Shown here in pieces: positions 1 through 10,958 of a stretch of 64,000 bases of DNA (within the stretch, counting starts at the first letter, position 1; each line of letters opens with the position of its first letter). Source of the DNA: Caulobacteraceae bacterium (GTDB lineage: Bacteria > Pseudomonadota > Alphaproteobacteria > Caulobacterales > Caulobacteraceae); NCBI GenBank assembly GCA_947475845.1, contig CANJMO010000005.1:11676-75675 (forward strand), read 5' to 3'. Under the pieces are notes generated by a model. It saw only the letters and a program-made list of their open reading frames with translations, did no database searches and was not told the origin of the DNA. A program made the position numbers and the translations under genes.

Positions 1-1
1 T

Positions 2-1570
<1,569 letters not shown>

Positions 1571-1573
1571 GTA

Positions 1574-1613
1574 GGGGATGCGTGGAACGCACCCCTTGCG
1601 CCCGCGTTTTGCC
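1574..1613 (+). terminator. possible carB terminator hairpin
   Basis: GGGG(A)TGCG-TGGAA-CGCACCCC stem-loop lies 4 nt after the carB stop. The T-run (GCGTTTT) is not immediately adjacent to the stem. Confidence 0.35.
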
Positions 1614-1708
1614 GATCTTATGCTTTGACCCCCGGACGACTAAGCCCGCGTCCGGCGGACCAGACCTACCCAGAACTCCTCAAGGGCGACTCGAGCAAAA
1701 CATCCGCT

Positions 1709-2182
1709 ATGGAAAAAGTGCCGATGACCGGCGAGGGATACCAGTCCCTCGACGATGAACTGAAGCGTTTGAAGTCTATCGAACGTCCGAGCGTAATCGC
1801 GGCGATCGGCGAGGCGCGTGCGCACGGCGATCTGTCCGAAAACGCCGAATACCATGCCGCCAAGGAGCGGCAGGGCTGGATCGAAGGCCGTATCGCCGAG
1901 ATCGAGGACAAGATGGCCCGCGCCCAGGTCATCGACGTGTCCAAGCTGAGCGGGGCCCAGGTCAAGTTCGGCGCCACGGTCAGCGTGGTCGACGAAGACA
2001 CCGAGGAATCGGCCCGCTACCAGATCGTCGGCGAGCACGAGGCCGACGTAAAGAGTGGCCGCCTGTCGATCACCTCGCCCCTGGCGCGCGGCATGATCGG
2101 CAAGGAAGTCGGCGACGTGGTCGAGATTAACACCCCCGGCGGCGTGAAGTCCTACGAGATCCTCAAGCTCGAGTGGGTCTAG
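1709..2182 (+). CDS. greA: transcription elongation factor GreA
   Basis: 157 aa starting at [22 protein letters not shown], with ..[16 protein letters not shown]... The upstream 28 codons of the ORF look non-coding. Confidence 0.93.
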   Translation: MEKVPMTGEGYQSLDDELKRLKSIERPSVIAAIGEARAHGDLSENAEYHAAKERQGWIEGRIAEIEDKMARAQVIDVSKLSGAQVKFGATVSVVDEDTEESARYQIVGEHEADVKSGRLSITSPLARGMIGKEVGDVVEINTPGGVKSYEILKLEWV

Positions 2183-2229
2183 CCACCCATCCTCCGGGCG
2201 TCTGAACGACGAACCGGAGGACCCAAGCC

Positions 2230-2270
2230 GTCATCCTCGCTTAGGCCCCCCGCTCAAGTCGGGGGATGAC
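2230..2270. repeat. REP-like palindromic intergenic element
   Basis: GTCATCC..CCCCC-gctcaagtc-GGGGGATGAC inverted repeat. It resembles the GTCATCC..GGATGAC palindromic intergenic repeats common in Alphaproteobacteria. Only one copy is seen in this window. Confidence 0.3.
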
Positions 2271-2307
2271 GACGTATGTGTGGCGTGAATCACGCCAACC
2301 GGCGACC

Positions 2308-3045
2308 ATGGCGGGAATGACCCTCGCCATCCTGCAAGCCCGCATGTCCTCGACCCGCCTGCCCGGCAAGGTGCTGGCCGACGTGGTCGGCGCGCCGATG
2401 ATCCTGCGCCAGATCGAGCGGTTGCGGCGGTCGCGGCGGCTGGAGGGCATTGTCGTGGCCACCAGCGACGACCCCAGCGACGATGGACTGGCCGAGATGC
2501 TGCCGCTTCACGACGTGGCGGTGCACCGCGGATCGCTGGACGACGTGCTGGCGCGCTATGCAGGTGCGTTGGAGGTGTTTCCCGCGCCGGTGGTGGTGCG
2601 GCTGACCGGCGACTGTCCCCTGGCCGACCCGGAGGTGATCGACGCGGTGATCGACGCGGTGATCGACCTGCTGATGGACGAGGACCTGGACTACGCCGCC
2701 AATACCCCGGCCCACCGGACCTATCCAAAAGGCCTGGACGTGGAGGTGATGCGCTCGGCCTGTCTGCTGCGCGCGGCGCGCGCGGCCAAGGATCCCTACG
2801 AGCGCGAGCATGTAACGCCCTACTTGATCCGCCATCCCGAACTGTTCGCTCAGGACTTCATCAGCCAGGACGTGGACGAAGGCGAGGTGCGCTGGACGGT
2901 GGACCGGCCTGACGACCTGGAGTTCGTGCGCGCGGTCTATGGCGCGCTCTATAAGGGTGAGCCGGCGTTTTCCTCGGACGACGTGCGCGCCTTGGTGCGC
3001 GGACGGCCGGACCTGGCCATGCTGGGCGGCGACCGGAGGATATGA
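2308..3045 (+). CDS. SpsF/FlmC-type cytidylyltransferase (nonulosonic-acid / flagellin glycosylation pathway type)
   Basis: MAGMTLAILQARMSSTRLPGKVL..IVVATSDDPSDD matches the COG1861 SpsF-type N-terminus. Its stop overlaps the start of the next gene (ATGA). Start could be 2266, 2308 or 2317. Confidence 0.8.
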   Translation: MAGMTLAILQARMSSTRLPGKVLADVVGAPMILRQIERLRRSRRLEGIVVATSDDPSDDGLAEMLPLHDVAVHRGSLDDVLARYAGALEVFPAPVVVRLTGDCPLADPEVIDAVIDAVIDLLMDEDLDYAANTPAHRTYPKGLDVEVMRSACLLRAARAAKDPYEREHVTPYLIRHPELFAQDFISQDVDEGEVRWTVDRPDDLEFVRAVYGALYKGEPAFSSDDVRALVRGRPDLAMLGGDRRI

Positions 3046-3611
3046 TGGCCCTGGATGTGAAGCTGCGCGCGGTCACGGACGGCGACAGCGAGCGGCTGCT
3101 GGCCTGGCGCAATTCGCCGGAGGTCGCGGCCTATATGTACACCGACCACACGATCAGCGCCGAGGAGCACGCCCGCTGGTTCGCCGGGATGGCGGGAGAT
3201 GCGCGCCGGGCCTACTGGATCATCGAGGTCGATGGGACCCCGGTGGGCCTGGCCAATTTCTACGACATCGACCGCACGCACGGCCGCGCCGCCTGGGCCT
3301 ACTACCTCGCCGACCCCGGCGTCCGGGGAAAGGGCGTCGGCGGCTACGTCGAATACTGGATGATCGAACAGGCGTTCGGGCCCCTCGCCCTGAGGAAGCT
3401 GTGGTGTGAGGTGCTGGCGTCCAACGAGGCGGTGTGGAAGCTGCATCAGAAGTTCGGCTTCATGGAGGAAGCGCGTTTGCGCTCCCACGTCCTCAAAGCC
3501 GGTCAGGCGCAGGATGTGGTCGGCCTCGGCCTGATGGCCGACGAGTGGATCGAGACCCGCCCGGCGATGATCGAGCGCCTGACGCGGATGGGCTACGCCG
3601 TCGCCTCCTAG
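3042..3611 (+). CDS. pseH: PseH-like GNAT N-acetyltransferase (UDP-4-amino-4,6-dideoxy-N-acetyl-beta-L-altrosamine N-acetyltransferase family)
   Basis: LRAVTDGDSERLLAWRNSPEVAAYM..EEHARWF..GKGVG..KLWCEVLASNEAVWKLHQKFGF follows the PseH/FlmH pattern. It is translationally coupled to the upstream cytidylyltransferase. Confidence 0.7.
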   Translation: MMALDVKLRAVTDGDSERLLAWRNSPEVAAYMYTDHTISAEEHARWFAGMAGDARRAYWIIEVDGTPVGLANFYDIDRTHGRAAWAYYLADPGVRGKGVGGYVEYWMIEQAFGPLALRKLWCEVLASNEAVWKLHQKFGFMEEARLRSHVLKAGQAQDVVGLGLMADEWIETRPAMIERLTRMGYAVAS

Positions 3612-3747
3612 GCGACACCTGACGCCTGCAATTTGAGCGGCTTGGCTTATTCGGACGCGCCCGGCGGGGCGGTCGTGGCCTCCGCAATTGCCGCCTCCCT
3701 AGGCTCCCCTTGCCAGCACAAAACTCGCGGCAAAGGGGATCTGCACA

Positions 3748-5343
3748 GTGACGGAACAGACCAAACCGCCGATGTCCCGGCGGGACCTTTTCTCGATGAT
3801 CGGAACCCTCGCCGGCAGTGCGGCGATGTACGAGGCGATGTCCTCCCTCGCCTATGCGGCGGAGGCCGGCTACAGCGGCCCGCCCAACCTGACCGGCAAC
3901 GTCAAGGGCGCCTCGGTGCTGATCCTGGGCTCCGGCCTGGCGGGGATGGTCTCGGCGCATGAGCTGCGCAAGGCCGGCTACAAGGTGCTGATCCTGGAAT
4001 ATCAGGACCGTCCGGGCGGGCGGAACTGGTCGCTCTATGGCGGCGATACCTATACCGAACTCGGCGGCTTCAAGCAGAACGTGCAGTTCGACAAGGGCCA
4101 CTATCTGAACCCAGGTCGGTGGCGGATTCCGTACCACCACCAGGGGATCCTGCACTACTGCAAGATGCTGGGCGTGCAGCTCGAGCCGTTCATCCAAAGC
4201 AACTACAACGCCTACATCCACTCGACCAAGGCATTCGGCGGCAAACCGCAGCGCTTCCGCCACATCCAGACCGACTTCCAGGGCCACGTCGCCGAGCTGT
4301 TGTCCAAGAGCACGCGGCAGGCGGCGCTGGATCAGGCGGTGACCAAGGAAGACCAGGAAATCCTGCTGCAGGCCCTGCGCAACTGGGGGGCTCTGGACGC
4401 CAACTACGAATACACAGCCGGCGAAGCTTCGAGCAACAAGCGCGGCTTCGACTTCGATCCGGGCGGCGGCCTGACCGCGATGGAGACGCCCTCGACCCCG
4501 ATCGGCCTGAAGGAGCTTCTGGGATCGGGCCTGTGGCGCGCGGTCGGCGCCGGCAGCGGCTACGAGACCCAGCAGAGCCTGTTCCAGCCGGTCGGCGGCA
4601 TGGGCATGATCGGCAAGGCGTTCGGCGCGACCCTCAAGGAGGTGATCAAGTACAGCGCCAAGGTCATCGACATCAAACAGGACGAGAAGGGCGTCACCAT
4701 CACCTATCAGGACACCAAGAAGGGCGGCGCCCCGATGGTGGCCACGGCAGACTGGTGCATCTGCACCATCCCGGTGTCGATCCTCAGCCAGATCCCGATC
4801 ACGGTGAGCGCGCCGATGAAGGCGGCGATCAACAATCTGTCCTATTCGTCGTCGGTGAAGGTCGGGCTGCAGTTCAAGCGCCGCTTCTGGGAAGAGGACG
4901 AGAACATCTACGGCGGGATCACCTACACCGATCAGCCCAACTCGACGATCGCCTACCCCAACTTCAACTACTTCTCGTCCGGCAAGGGCGTGCTGCTGGG
5001 GGCCTACGCCTTCGGTCCCGGCGCGGTGCGTTACGCCTCGATGTCGCCGGAGGAGCGGATCACCAAGACCCTGGAATACGGGTCCAAGATCCACCCGCAG
5101 TACATGAAGGAATACGAGAACGGCGCCTCGGTGGCCTGGCACCGCGTGCCCTGGACGCTCGGCTGCGCCGGCGCCTGGACCGAGGAACTGCGCGCGCGCC
5201 ACTACAACAACCTGTGCGCCCTGGACGGCCGCATCATGCTGGCCGGCGAGCACGCCTCGCGCATCCCGGCCTGGCAGGAGGGCGCCGTGCTTTCGGCGCT
5301 CGATGCCATCCGCCGCCTGCACCAGCGCGTGACGCAGGCCTGA
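3748..5343 (+). CDS. Tat-exported flavin-containing amine oxidase family protein
   Basis: Twin-arginine leader MSRRDLFSMIGTLAGSAAMYEA. Dinucleotide fold VLILGSGLAGMVSAHELRKAGYKVLILEYQDRPGGR. C-terminal LAGEHAS..WQEGAV motif of the amine oxidase family. GTG at 3748 or ATG at 3772. Confidence 0.85.
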   Translation: MTEQTKPPMSRRDLFSMIGTLAGSAAMYEAMSSLAYAAEAGYSGPPNLTGNVKGASVLILGSGLAGMVSAHELRKAGYKVLILEYQDRPGGRNWSLYGGDTYTELGGFKQNVQFDKGHYLNPGRWRIPYHHQGILHYCKMLGVQLEPFIQSNYNAYIHSTKAFGGKPQRFRHIQTDFQGHVAELLSKSTRQAALDQAVTKEDQEILLQALRNWGALDANYEYTAGEASSNKRGFDFDPGGGLTAMETPSTPIGLKELLGSGLWRAVGAGSGYETQQSLFQPVGGMGMIGKAFGATLKEVIKYSAKVIDIKQDEKGVTITYQDTKKGGAPMVATADWCICTIPVSILSQIPITVSAPMKAAINNLSYSSSVKVGLQFKRRFWEEDENIYGGITYTDQPNSTIAYPNFNYFSSGKGVLLGAYAFGPGAVRYASMSPEERITKTLEYGSKIHPQYMKEYENGASVAWHRVPWTLGCAGAWTEELRARHYNNLCALDGRIMLAGEHASRIPAWQEGAVLSALDAIRRLHQRVTQA

Positions 5344-5345
5344 CC

Positions 5346-5789
5346 ATGACCCCGATCAAACACCGGACACAGACCATGATGCGCAGCCTCACCCTGGCCC
5401 TCTGCCTCGCTTCCGTCGGCGGCGCCGCCATGGCGCAGGGCGGCTTCGGCGGCCGCTATCCCGACCAAGGCGGCGAGGCCGTCTACAAGGCGATCTGCCA
5501 GGGCTGCCACATGCCCGACGGCAAGGGCGCGGTCGGCGCGGGGATGTACCCGCCCCTGGCCGGCGACGCCAAGCTGGGGGCCAAGACCTACCCCGCCTTC
5601 GTCGTCATCCGCGGTCAGAAGGCGATGCCGGAGTTCGGCACGGGGCTGGAGGACGCCCAGGTTGCGGATGTGGTCAATTACATCCGCACCCACTTCGGCA
5701 ACGGGTTCACCGACACGGTCACCGCCGAAGAGGTCAAATCGATGCGTCCGGCGCGCGCGCCGACCGGAACCGTCAGGGCGCCGGGTTAA
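5346..5789 (+). CDS. monoheme c-type cytochrome with signal peptide
   Basis: ATG lies 2 nt after the oxidase stop. Signal peptide MMRSLTLALCLASVGGAAMA, one CQGCH heme site, distal MPEF. This is the last 148 codons of track ORF 4119..5789. Confidence 0.8.
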   Translation: MTPIKHRTQTMMRSLTLALCLASVGGAAMAQGGFGGRYPDQGGEAVYKAICQGCHMPDGKGAVGAGMYPPLAGDAKLGAKTYPAFVVIRGQKAMPEFGTGLEDAQVADVVNYIRTHFGNGFTDTVTAEEVKSMRPARAPTGTVRAPG

Positions 5790-6813
5790 GCAGGGCGTCG
5801 GCGAAGCGGTCGGCGCCGAGGCCGTCGCAGGCCGCCGCCGATCGCTCCGACAGCTGCCTTCGCAGGGCCGGGTCGCCGATCAATCGAGCCACGACGCCGG
5901 TCAGGTTCGCCTCGAAGCGCGGATCGCCGACGTCCGCCGTCAGGATCAGTCCATCGTCGGCCATGGCCCGGGCCATCGGCCTCTGGTTCTCCGCCAGCAG
6001 GACGCTGACGGTGGGCAGGCCGAGGGTCGCCCGCTCCCAGGTCGAGGAGCCGCCGGCGCCGATGGCGATGTCGGCGGCGGCCATCAGCCCCGCCATGTCA
6101 TGGGTATCGACATGAAGGCGCAGGTTCGCATCGGTCTTGGCCGCCCGACAGAGGGGCTGGAGGCTGGCGGCCGCCGAACCCACCACAACGTCCACAATCA
6201 GGCCGTCCAGTAGCGGTCGCAGCGCCTGCACCACCATGAGGGTGATACCGTCGACATCGGTCAGGCCGAGCGAGATCAGGACGTGGCGCAGATGCCCGCC
6301 CTCGCGGCGATGAGCCAGGGCGGCCTCGCGGCGGGCGGCGAACTCGGGCCGGACAGGCGCGTAGGCCGGGCCGGTAAGGATCGTGGCGTTCTCGGGCAGC
6401 CAGGGACGATAGTCGGCGTCGGTGCGGCCGTAGGCGGAGTCCATGATCAGGTCCGCCGCGCGCGGCCGGTTCGCCAGGTCGTCGACTGCCGCCAGGCGCC
6501 GCCCCTCCCGCAACGCGCCTTCCTGCGCGGCATTGAGGAAATAATGATCCAGCAGCACCCAGTCGGCGTCGAAAGACTCCGCCCAGTTGGCCACGGTGAC
6601 GATGGCGTCCTCCAGCGCGCCCTCGACCGGCAGCACGTCGATATCGGGGGCGGCGAAGGTCTGCAGCACGGCCTGGGTTTCAGGGGTCGCGGCAAAGGCG
6701 CAGGTCGCGCCCCTGGCGATCAGGGCGCGGGTCAGGGTCAGGCAGCGCATGACGTGGCCACCGCCTATGCGCGGGCCGCAATCGGGGAACACCAGGATGC
6801 GTTGAGCCGACAT
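5773..6813 (-). CDS. pseG: PseG-like UDP-2,4-diacetamido-2,4,6-trideoxy-beta-L-altropyranose hydrolase (glycosyltransferase-28-like)
   Basis: N-terminus MSAQRILVFPDCGPRIGGGHVMRCLTLTRAL is the PseG signature. AGGAA lies 5 nt upstream of the ATG at 6813. The 3' end overlaps the convergent cytochrome c gene by 17 nt. Confidence 0.75.
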   Translation of the reverse strand: MSAQRILVFPDCGPRIGGGHVMRCLTLTRALIARGATCAFAATPETQAVLQTFAAPDIDVLPVEGALEDAIVTVANWAESFDADWVLLDHYFLNAAQEGALREGRRLAAVDDLANRPRAADLIMDSAYGRTDADYRPWLPENATILTGPAYAPVRPEFAARREAALAHRREGGHLRHVLISLGLTDVDGITLMVVQALRPLLDGLIVDVVVGSAAASLQPLCRAAKTDANLRLHVDTHDMAGLMAAADIAIGAGGSSTWERATLGLPTVSVLLAENQRPMARAMADDGLILTADVGDPRFEANLTGVVARLIGDPALRRQLSERSAAACDGLGADRFADALLNPAP

Positions 6814-6898
6814 CAGTATTCCTGTGGCCTCCATCGCTCGCTCTTGGTGGAATCAGTCTCTACATACCGTTTCGAACACTCTAATCCCTGAGTCCCCT

Positions 6899-7900
6899 AT
6901 GTCCGAACCTCGCACCGTCCGCTGCGCCATCATCGGTTCCGGCCCCGCCGGTTACACCGCCGCCATCTATGCGGCGCGCGCGCTGCTGAATCCGGTGCTG
7001 ATCGCGGGCATCCAACCGGGCGGCCAGCTGACCATCACCACCGACGTGGAGAACTATCCGGGCTTCGCCGACGTGATCCAGGGCCCCTGGCTGATGGACC
7101 AGATGCGGGCTCAGGCCGAGCATGTCGGGACCGAGCTGATCAGCGACATCGTGCTGGAAGCCGACCTGTCACAACGCCCGTTCCGTCTGAAGCTCGACAC
7201 CGGCGCCGACATCCTCGCCGAGACCCTGATCATCGCCACCGGGGCCCAGGCCAAGTGGCTGGGCCTGCCGTCCGAGCAGAAGTTCCAGGGCTTCGGCGTC
7301 TCGGCCTGCGCCACCTGCGACGGCTTCTTCTATCGCGGCAAGGAGGTCGCGGTGGTCGGCGGCGGCAATACGGCGGTTGAGGAAGCCCTGTTCCTGACCA
7401 GCTTCGCCTCGAAGGTGACGTTGATCCACCGCAAGGATGAATTGCGCGCCGAGCGCATCCTGCAGGAGCGCCTGTTCGCCAACCCCAAGATCGAGGTGAT
7501 CTGGGATAGCGCGGTGGAAGAAGTGCGCGGGTCGGAAAACCCGCTGGGCGTCACCGGCGTGACCATCAAGAACGTCAAGACCGGCGCGCTCAGCGACGTC
7601 GCCTGCGACGGCTTCTTCGTCGCCATTGGCCATGCGCCCTCGTCGGAGCTGTTCAAGGGCCAGCTGGAGATGGACAAGTCCGGCTACCTGAAGGTCAAGG
7701 CCGGGACCACGGCCACCGCGGTCAAGGGCGTCTACGCCGCCGGCGACGTCACCGACGACGTCTACCGCCAGGCGGTCACCGCCGCGGGCATGGGCTGCAT
7801 GGCGGCGCTGGAGGCGGTGCGCTTCCTGGCCGAGGAAGACCACGCCAAGGCCCACCACCCGATCACCCACAAAGACGCCCAGACCATCGGCGAGTGGTAG
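6899..7900 (+). CDS. trxB: thioredoxin-disulfide reductase
   Basis: VRCAIIGSGPAGYTAAIYAARA, redox-active CATCDG, GGGNTAVEEALFLT, AAGDV. Confidence 0.95.
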   Translation: MSEPRTVRCAIIGSGPAGYTAAIYAARALLNPVLIAGIQPGGQLTITTDVENYPGFADVIQGPWLMDQMRAQAEHVGTELISDIVLEADLSQRPFRLKLDTGADILAETLIIATGAQAKWLGLPSEQKFQGFGVSACATCDGFFYRGKEVAVVGGGNTAVEEALFLTSFASKVTLIHRKDELRAERILQERLFANPKIEVIWDSAVEEVRGSENPLGVTGVTIKNVKTGALSDVACDGFFVAIGHAPSSELFKGQLEMDKSGYLKVKAGTTATAVKGVYAAGDVTDDVYRQAVTAAGMGCMAALEAVRFLAEEDHAKAHHPITHKDAQTIGEW

Positions 7901-8977
7901 CTAGGCCGCCGGGGTCACGGCCACCGAAGCCACAGGCGCGATCGTCGGAGCGGGCGTGCCCGGCGTGGGGGCGGACACCGGCGTCACAGTCGCAATCTGA
8001 GCCGCGTTGAGCTTGGCGTCGTCGCCGGCGATCTGCATGTGGACTCGTTCGCCGTTGCCGACCGAAGCCAGTTTGACGGTCGCCTCGGCGGCTTTCCGGG
8101 TCACCGCCAGCAGGGCCCCTGCCGCCCTCAGCTCACCGCCGGCGTAGCGCCCGGTGAGGGCCTCGGCCTGACCGGCCTCGCCGCTCATGCGGTAGAAGAT
8201 ATGCGGGCCCACGGTGGTCAGCTTGACCAGGCTGGGCGCCCAGGCGGGAAGCACATAGTCGGCGTGATAGTAGGTCGCCGCGCCGACGGCGGGGACGACA
8301 TAGCCGTTCAGCGCCCGCGCCGCGACCTTGCGCGCGCCGTTCCAGGCGGCTGCGTCCAGCGCCCGGCCTAGCGAACCGTCGCAGGTGAACGAGAACTGGC
8401 AGCCGGTGTCGCGCGACACGCCCTGATAGACCACGCCGCAGACCGACTTCGGATAGTCGGGATGGCGCATCCGATTGAGCACGACCTGGGCCACGGCGGC
8501 CTGAGCCTCGGCGCCCTCGCCTCCGGCTTCGAAATAGGCGGCCTGGGTCAGGCAGTGCAAGGCTTCGCGGCCATCCTTGCTGGCGGTGGACAGGATGAAC
8601 GGCTTGGCGGCGTCGACGCCGACGGCGGCGGCCGGCATCAGGCTGTTGATGCGGCGGGCCTGATCCCAGGTCAGGCGATGCACATTGTAGTTCGGGCGCA
8701 GGCCGGCCTTGGTCAGAGCCTCCTGCAGCACCTTACGGCTGTCCGGCGCGACTTCGGCCGGGGCGGTCAGGGCGATCGGTTGCTCGAATTGGGAACGATA
8801 GGAGGGGGCGGACGGTTGGTCATGGCGTGCGCCCGCCGCGATCAGCAGGGCCACGGCGGCGCCGGCCACCATCACGACTTGAGCCGAAGCGATGATCTCG
8901 GCGCGGAAGCGTTGGGCAATAGGAAGGTCCGTCCCGAACGGCGTTGAGCCGTCGGCCTGATAGGTCGCAGTGGTCAT
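7901..8977 (-). CDS. SleB-type cell wall hydrolase domain protein with N-terminal membrane anchor
   Basis: C-terminal ALHCLTQAAYFEAGGEG..AVAQVVLNRMRHPDYPKSVCGVVYQG..CQFSFTCDG is the Hydrolase_2/SleB domain. Start taken at MTTATYQ (ATG 8977); the longer ORF upstream is Arg-rich junk. Confidence 0.8.
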   Translation of the reverse strand: MTTATYQADGSTPFGTDLPIAQRFRAEIIASAQVVMVAGAAVALLIAAGARHDQPSAPSYRSQFEQPIALTAPAEVAPDSRKVLQEALTKAGLRPNYNVHRLTWDQARRINSLMPAAAVGVDAAKPFILSTASKDGREALHCLTQAAYFEAGGEGAEAQAAVAQVVLNRMRHPDYPKSVCGVVYQGVSRDTGCQFSFTCDGSLGRALDAAAWNGARKVAARALNGYVVPAVGAATYYHADYVLPAWAPSLVKLTTVGPHIFYRMSGEAGQAEALTGRYAGGELRAAGALLAVTRKAAEATVKLASVGNGERVHMQIAGDDAKLNAAQIATVTPVSAPTPGTPAPTIAPVASVAVTPAA

Positions 8978-9239
8978 AAACGAACTGTAGTCCTCTGTAG
9001 CAGGCCCTCGGCGGCCTCGTCCTGTCACCCCCCCAAGGGGTAGACATGGCGCCGCGCAAAGGGACGCCGACAGCCTCGCCGATCTACGCCGGCTGGCCGT
9101 GGGCGCTCCAATGACCTCGGAATGCGACCTCAATAGGGCGACGGTCGTCACACGGATTTTTGCGCAGGGGCGCCCAGCAAAATTATCACGAGCCCCTTCC
9201 ATCGGGACCGTGGAGGGTCTATATCCGTGAAGCCGACTT

Positions 9240-9260
9240 TTGCTCACTTGAAGCATAAGG
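9240..9260. promoter_or_regulatory. candidate operator, distal copy (degenerate palindrome TGCTCA-CTT-GAAGCA + TAAGG)
   Basis: 20-nt motif TGCTCACTTGAAGCATAAGG matches the proximal copy at 16 of 20 positions and lies exactly 70 bp upstream of it. Confidence 0.4.
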
Positions 9261-9309
9261 GGTGCGCTCGGGAGCGATGGCTGCCGCGGCGTTTTTTCAG
9301 GCCACCAAA

Positions 9310-9330
9310 ATGCTCATATTGAGCATAAGG
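9310..9330. promoter_or_regulatory. candidate operator, proximal copy (perfect palindrome ATGCTCA-TAT-TGAGCAT) just upstream of the nadA RBS
   Basis: Perfect 7+3+7 inverted repeat at 9310..9326. It is followed by TAAGG and the GGGAGGG Shine-Dalgarno, then the nadA ATG at 9341. Confidence 0.5.
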
Positions 9331-9340
9331 GAGGGCTCAG

Positions 9341-10426
9341 ATGCCGGACGGTTTCGCCGAGTTCGCCTTCACCCCCGAGGTGGAAGCCGCGACCCTGCCT
9401 CTCTGGAACAAGGTCAAGGCCCGCATCACGCCGCTGGAGTGGCGCCTGCAGGCTCCGCTGATCGCCGCCATCAACAGCCTGAAGGCCGAAAAAAACGCGG
9501 TGATCCTGGCGCACAACTACATGACGCCGGAGATTTTCCACGGGGTCGGCGACTATGTCGGCGACAGCTTGGGCCTGGCCCGCGAGGCTGCCCGCAGCGA
9601 CGCCAAGATCATCGTCCAGGCGGGCGTGCACTTCATGGCCGAGACTTCCAAGGTCCTGGCACCCGACAAGACCGTGCTGATCCCGGATCTGAACGCCGGA
9701 TGCTCGCTGGCCTCCTCGATCACCGCCGCCGACGTGCGCCTGATCAAGCAGCGCTATCCGGGCCTGCCGGTGGTCACCTACGTCAACACCACCGCCGAGG
9801 TGAAGGCCGAGACCGACGTGTGCTGCACCTCGGCCAATGCGGTCCAGGTGGTCGAGCATGTGGCGCGCCTGTGGGGCGTCGACCGGGTGATCCTGCTGCC
9901 CGACGAGTTCCTGGCCCGCAACGTCGCCCGCCAGACCCATATCGGCATCATCGCCTGGCAGGGCCGCTGCGAAGTGCACGAGCGCTTCACCGCCGCCGAC
10001 ATCCTGGAGCTGAAGGCCGCCTATCCGAACGCCCAGGTCCTGGCCCACCCCGAATGCCCGGCCGAGGTGCTGGAGGTGTCGGACTTCGCCGGCTCCACCG
10101 CCGCGATGTCGGACTATGTGATGACGAAGAAGCCCAAGCAGGTGGTGCTGATCACCGAGTGCTCGATGGCCGACAACGTCGCCTGCGACGCGCCGGACAC
10201 CGAGTTCGTGCGGCCCTGCAACCTGTGCCCGTACATGAAGATGATCACGCTCGAGAACATCTACGAGACCCTGCTGCACGACCGCTACGAGGTGACCGTG
10301 GACGCCGCCGTCATGATGCGCGCCCGCGCCGCCGTGCAGGCGATGATCGACATGCCGCCCCTGGCGGTCCCCGCGCGCTACGACCTGGTCAAGGCGCGCC
10401 ATCATGTCGATGTGGAGCTGATCTAG
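9341..10426 (+). CDS. nadA: quinolinate synthase NadA
   Basis: [51 protein letters not shown] is typical NadA. Confidence 0.95.
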   Translation: MPDGFAEFAFTPEVEAATLPLWNKVKARITPLEWRLQAPLIAAINSLKAEKNAVILAHNYMTPEIFHGVGDYVGDSLGLAREAARSDAKIIVQAGVHFMAETSKVLAPDKTVLIPDLNAGCSLASSITAADVRLIKQRYPGLPVVTYVNTTAEVKAETDVCCTSANAVQVVEHVARLWGVDRVILLPDEFLARNVARQTHIGIIAWQGRCEVHERFTAADILELKAAYPNAQVLAHPECPAEVLEVSDFAGSTAAMSDYVMTKKPKQVVLITECSMADNVACDAPDTEFVRPCNLCPYMKMITLENIYETLLHDRYEVTVDAAVMMRARAAVQAMIDMPPLAVPARYDLVKARHHVDVELI

Positions 10427-10427
10427 A

Positions 10428-10958
10428 ATGGACCCGCGTATTCAGGTCACCGTCGCCGACATCACCACCCTGCAGCTGGACGCCATCGTCAACGCGGCCA
10501 ACCCGACCCTGATGGGCGGCGGCGGGGTCGACGGCGCGATCCACCGCAAGGCCGGGCCGCGGTTGGCCGACTACTGCTCGCGCCTGGGCGGCTGCGAGAC
10601 CGGCGACGCCAAGATCACCCCCGGCTTCGACCTGCCCTCGCGCCATGTGATCCACACGGTCGGCCCGGTGTGGACCGGGGGCGACGAGCGCCACGAGGAA
10701 GAGCTGCTGGCCCTCTGCTACAAGCGCTCGCTGCGCGTGGCCATGGACAACGGCGTGCGCACCATCGCCTTCCCGGCCATCTCGACCGGCGCCTACCGCT
10801 TCCCCGCCGGGCGCGCCGCCGAGATCGCGGTCAAGACGGTGACCGAGACGATCCGCAAGCGCGACGAGATCACCGTGGTTCTGTTCTGCTGCTACACCCA
10901 GGCGGCCGGCGACCTGGTCCGTGCGCGCCTCAAGGCCTTGGACGAAGCCCATGGCTGA
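10428..10958 (+). CDS. macro domain protein (O-acetyl-ADP-ribose deacetylase / YmdB-like)
   Basis: [57 protein letters not shown] is the canonical macro domain. Start is 1 nt after the nadA stop, and the stop overlaps the nadB start. Confidence 0.9.
   Translation: MDPRIQVTVADITTLQLDAIVNAANPTLMGGGGVDGAIHRKAGPRLADYCSRLGGCETGDAKITPGFDLPSRHVIHTVGPVWTGGDERHEEELLALCYKRSLRVAMDNGVRTIAFPAISTGAYRFPAGRAAEIAVKTVTETIRKRDEITVVLFCCYTQAAGDLVRARLKALDEAHG

Noticed and set aside
3493-5322. 609-aa ORF on the minus strand
   Set aside because: It is antisense to the well-supported amine oxidase gene. The Arg/Gly/Ala/His-rich composition is typical of off-frame reading in high-GC DNA. No recognisable motifs.
2308-6813. 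The amine oxidase / cytochrome c insertion as a mobile or horizontally acquired island
   Set aside because: No transposase, integrase, tRNA target, flanking direct repeats or obvious compositional break is visible. The insertion history cannot be judged without comparative genomes.
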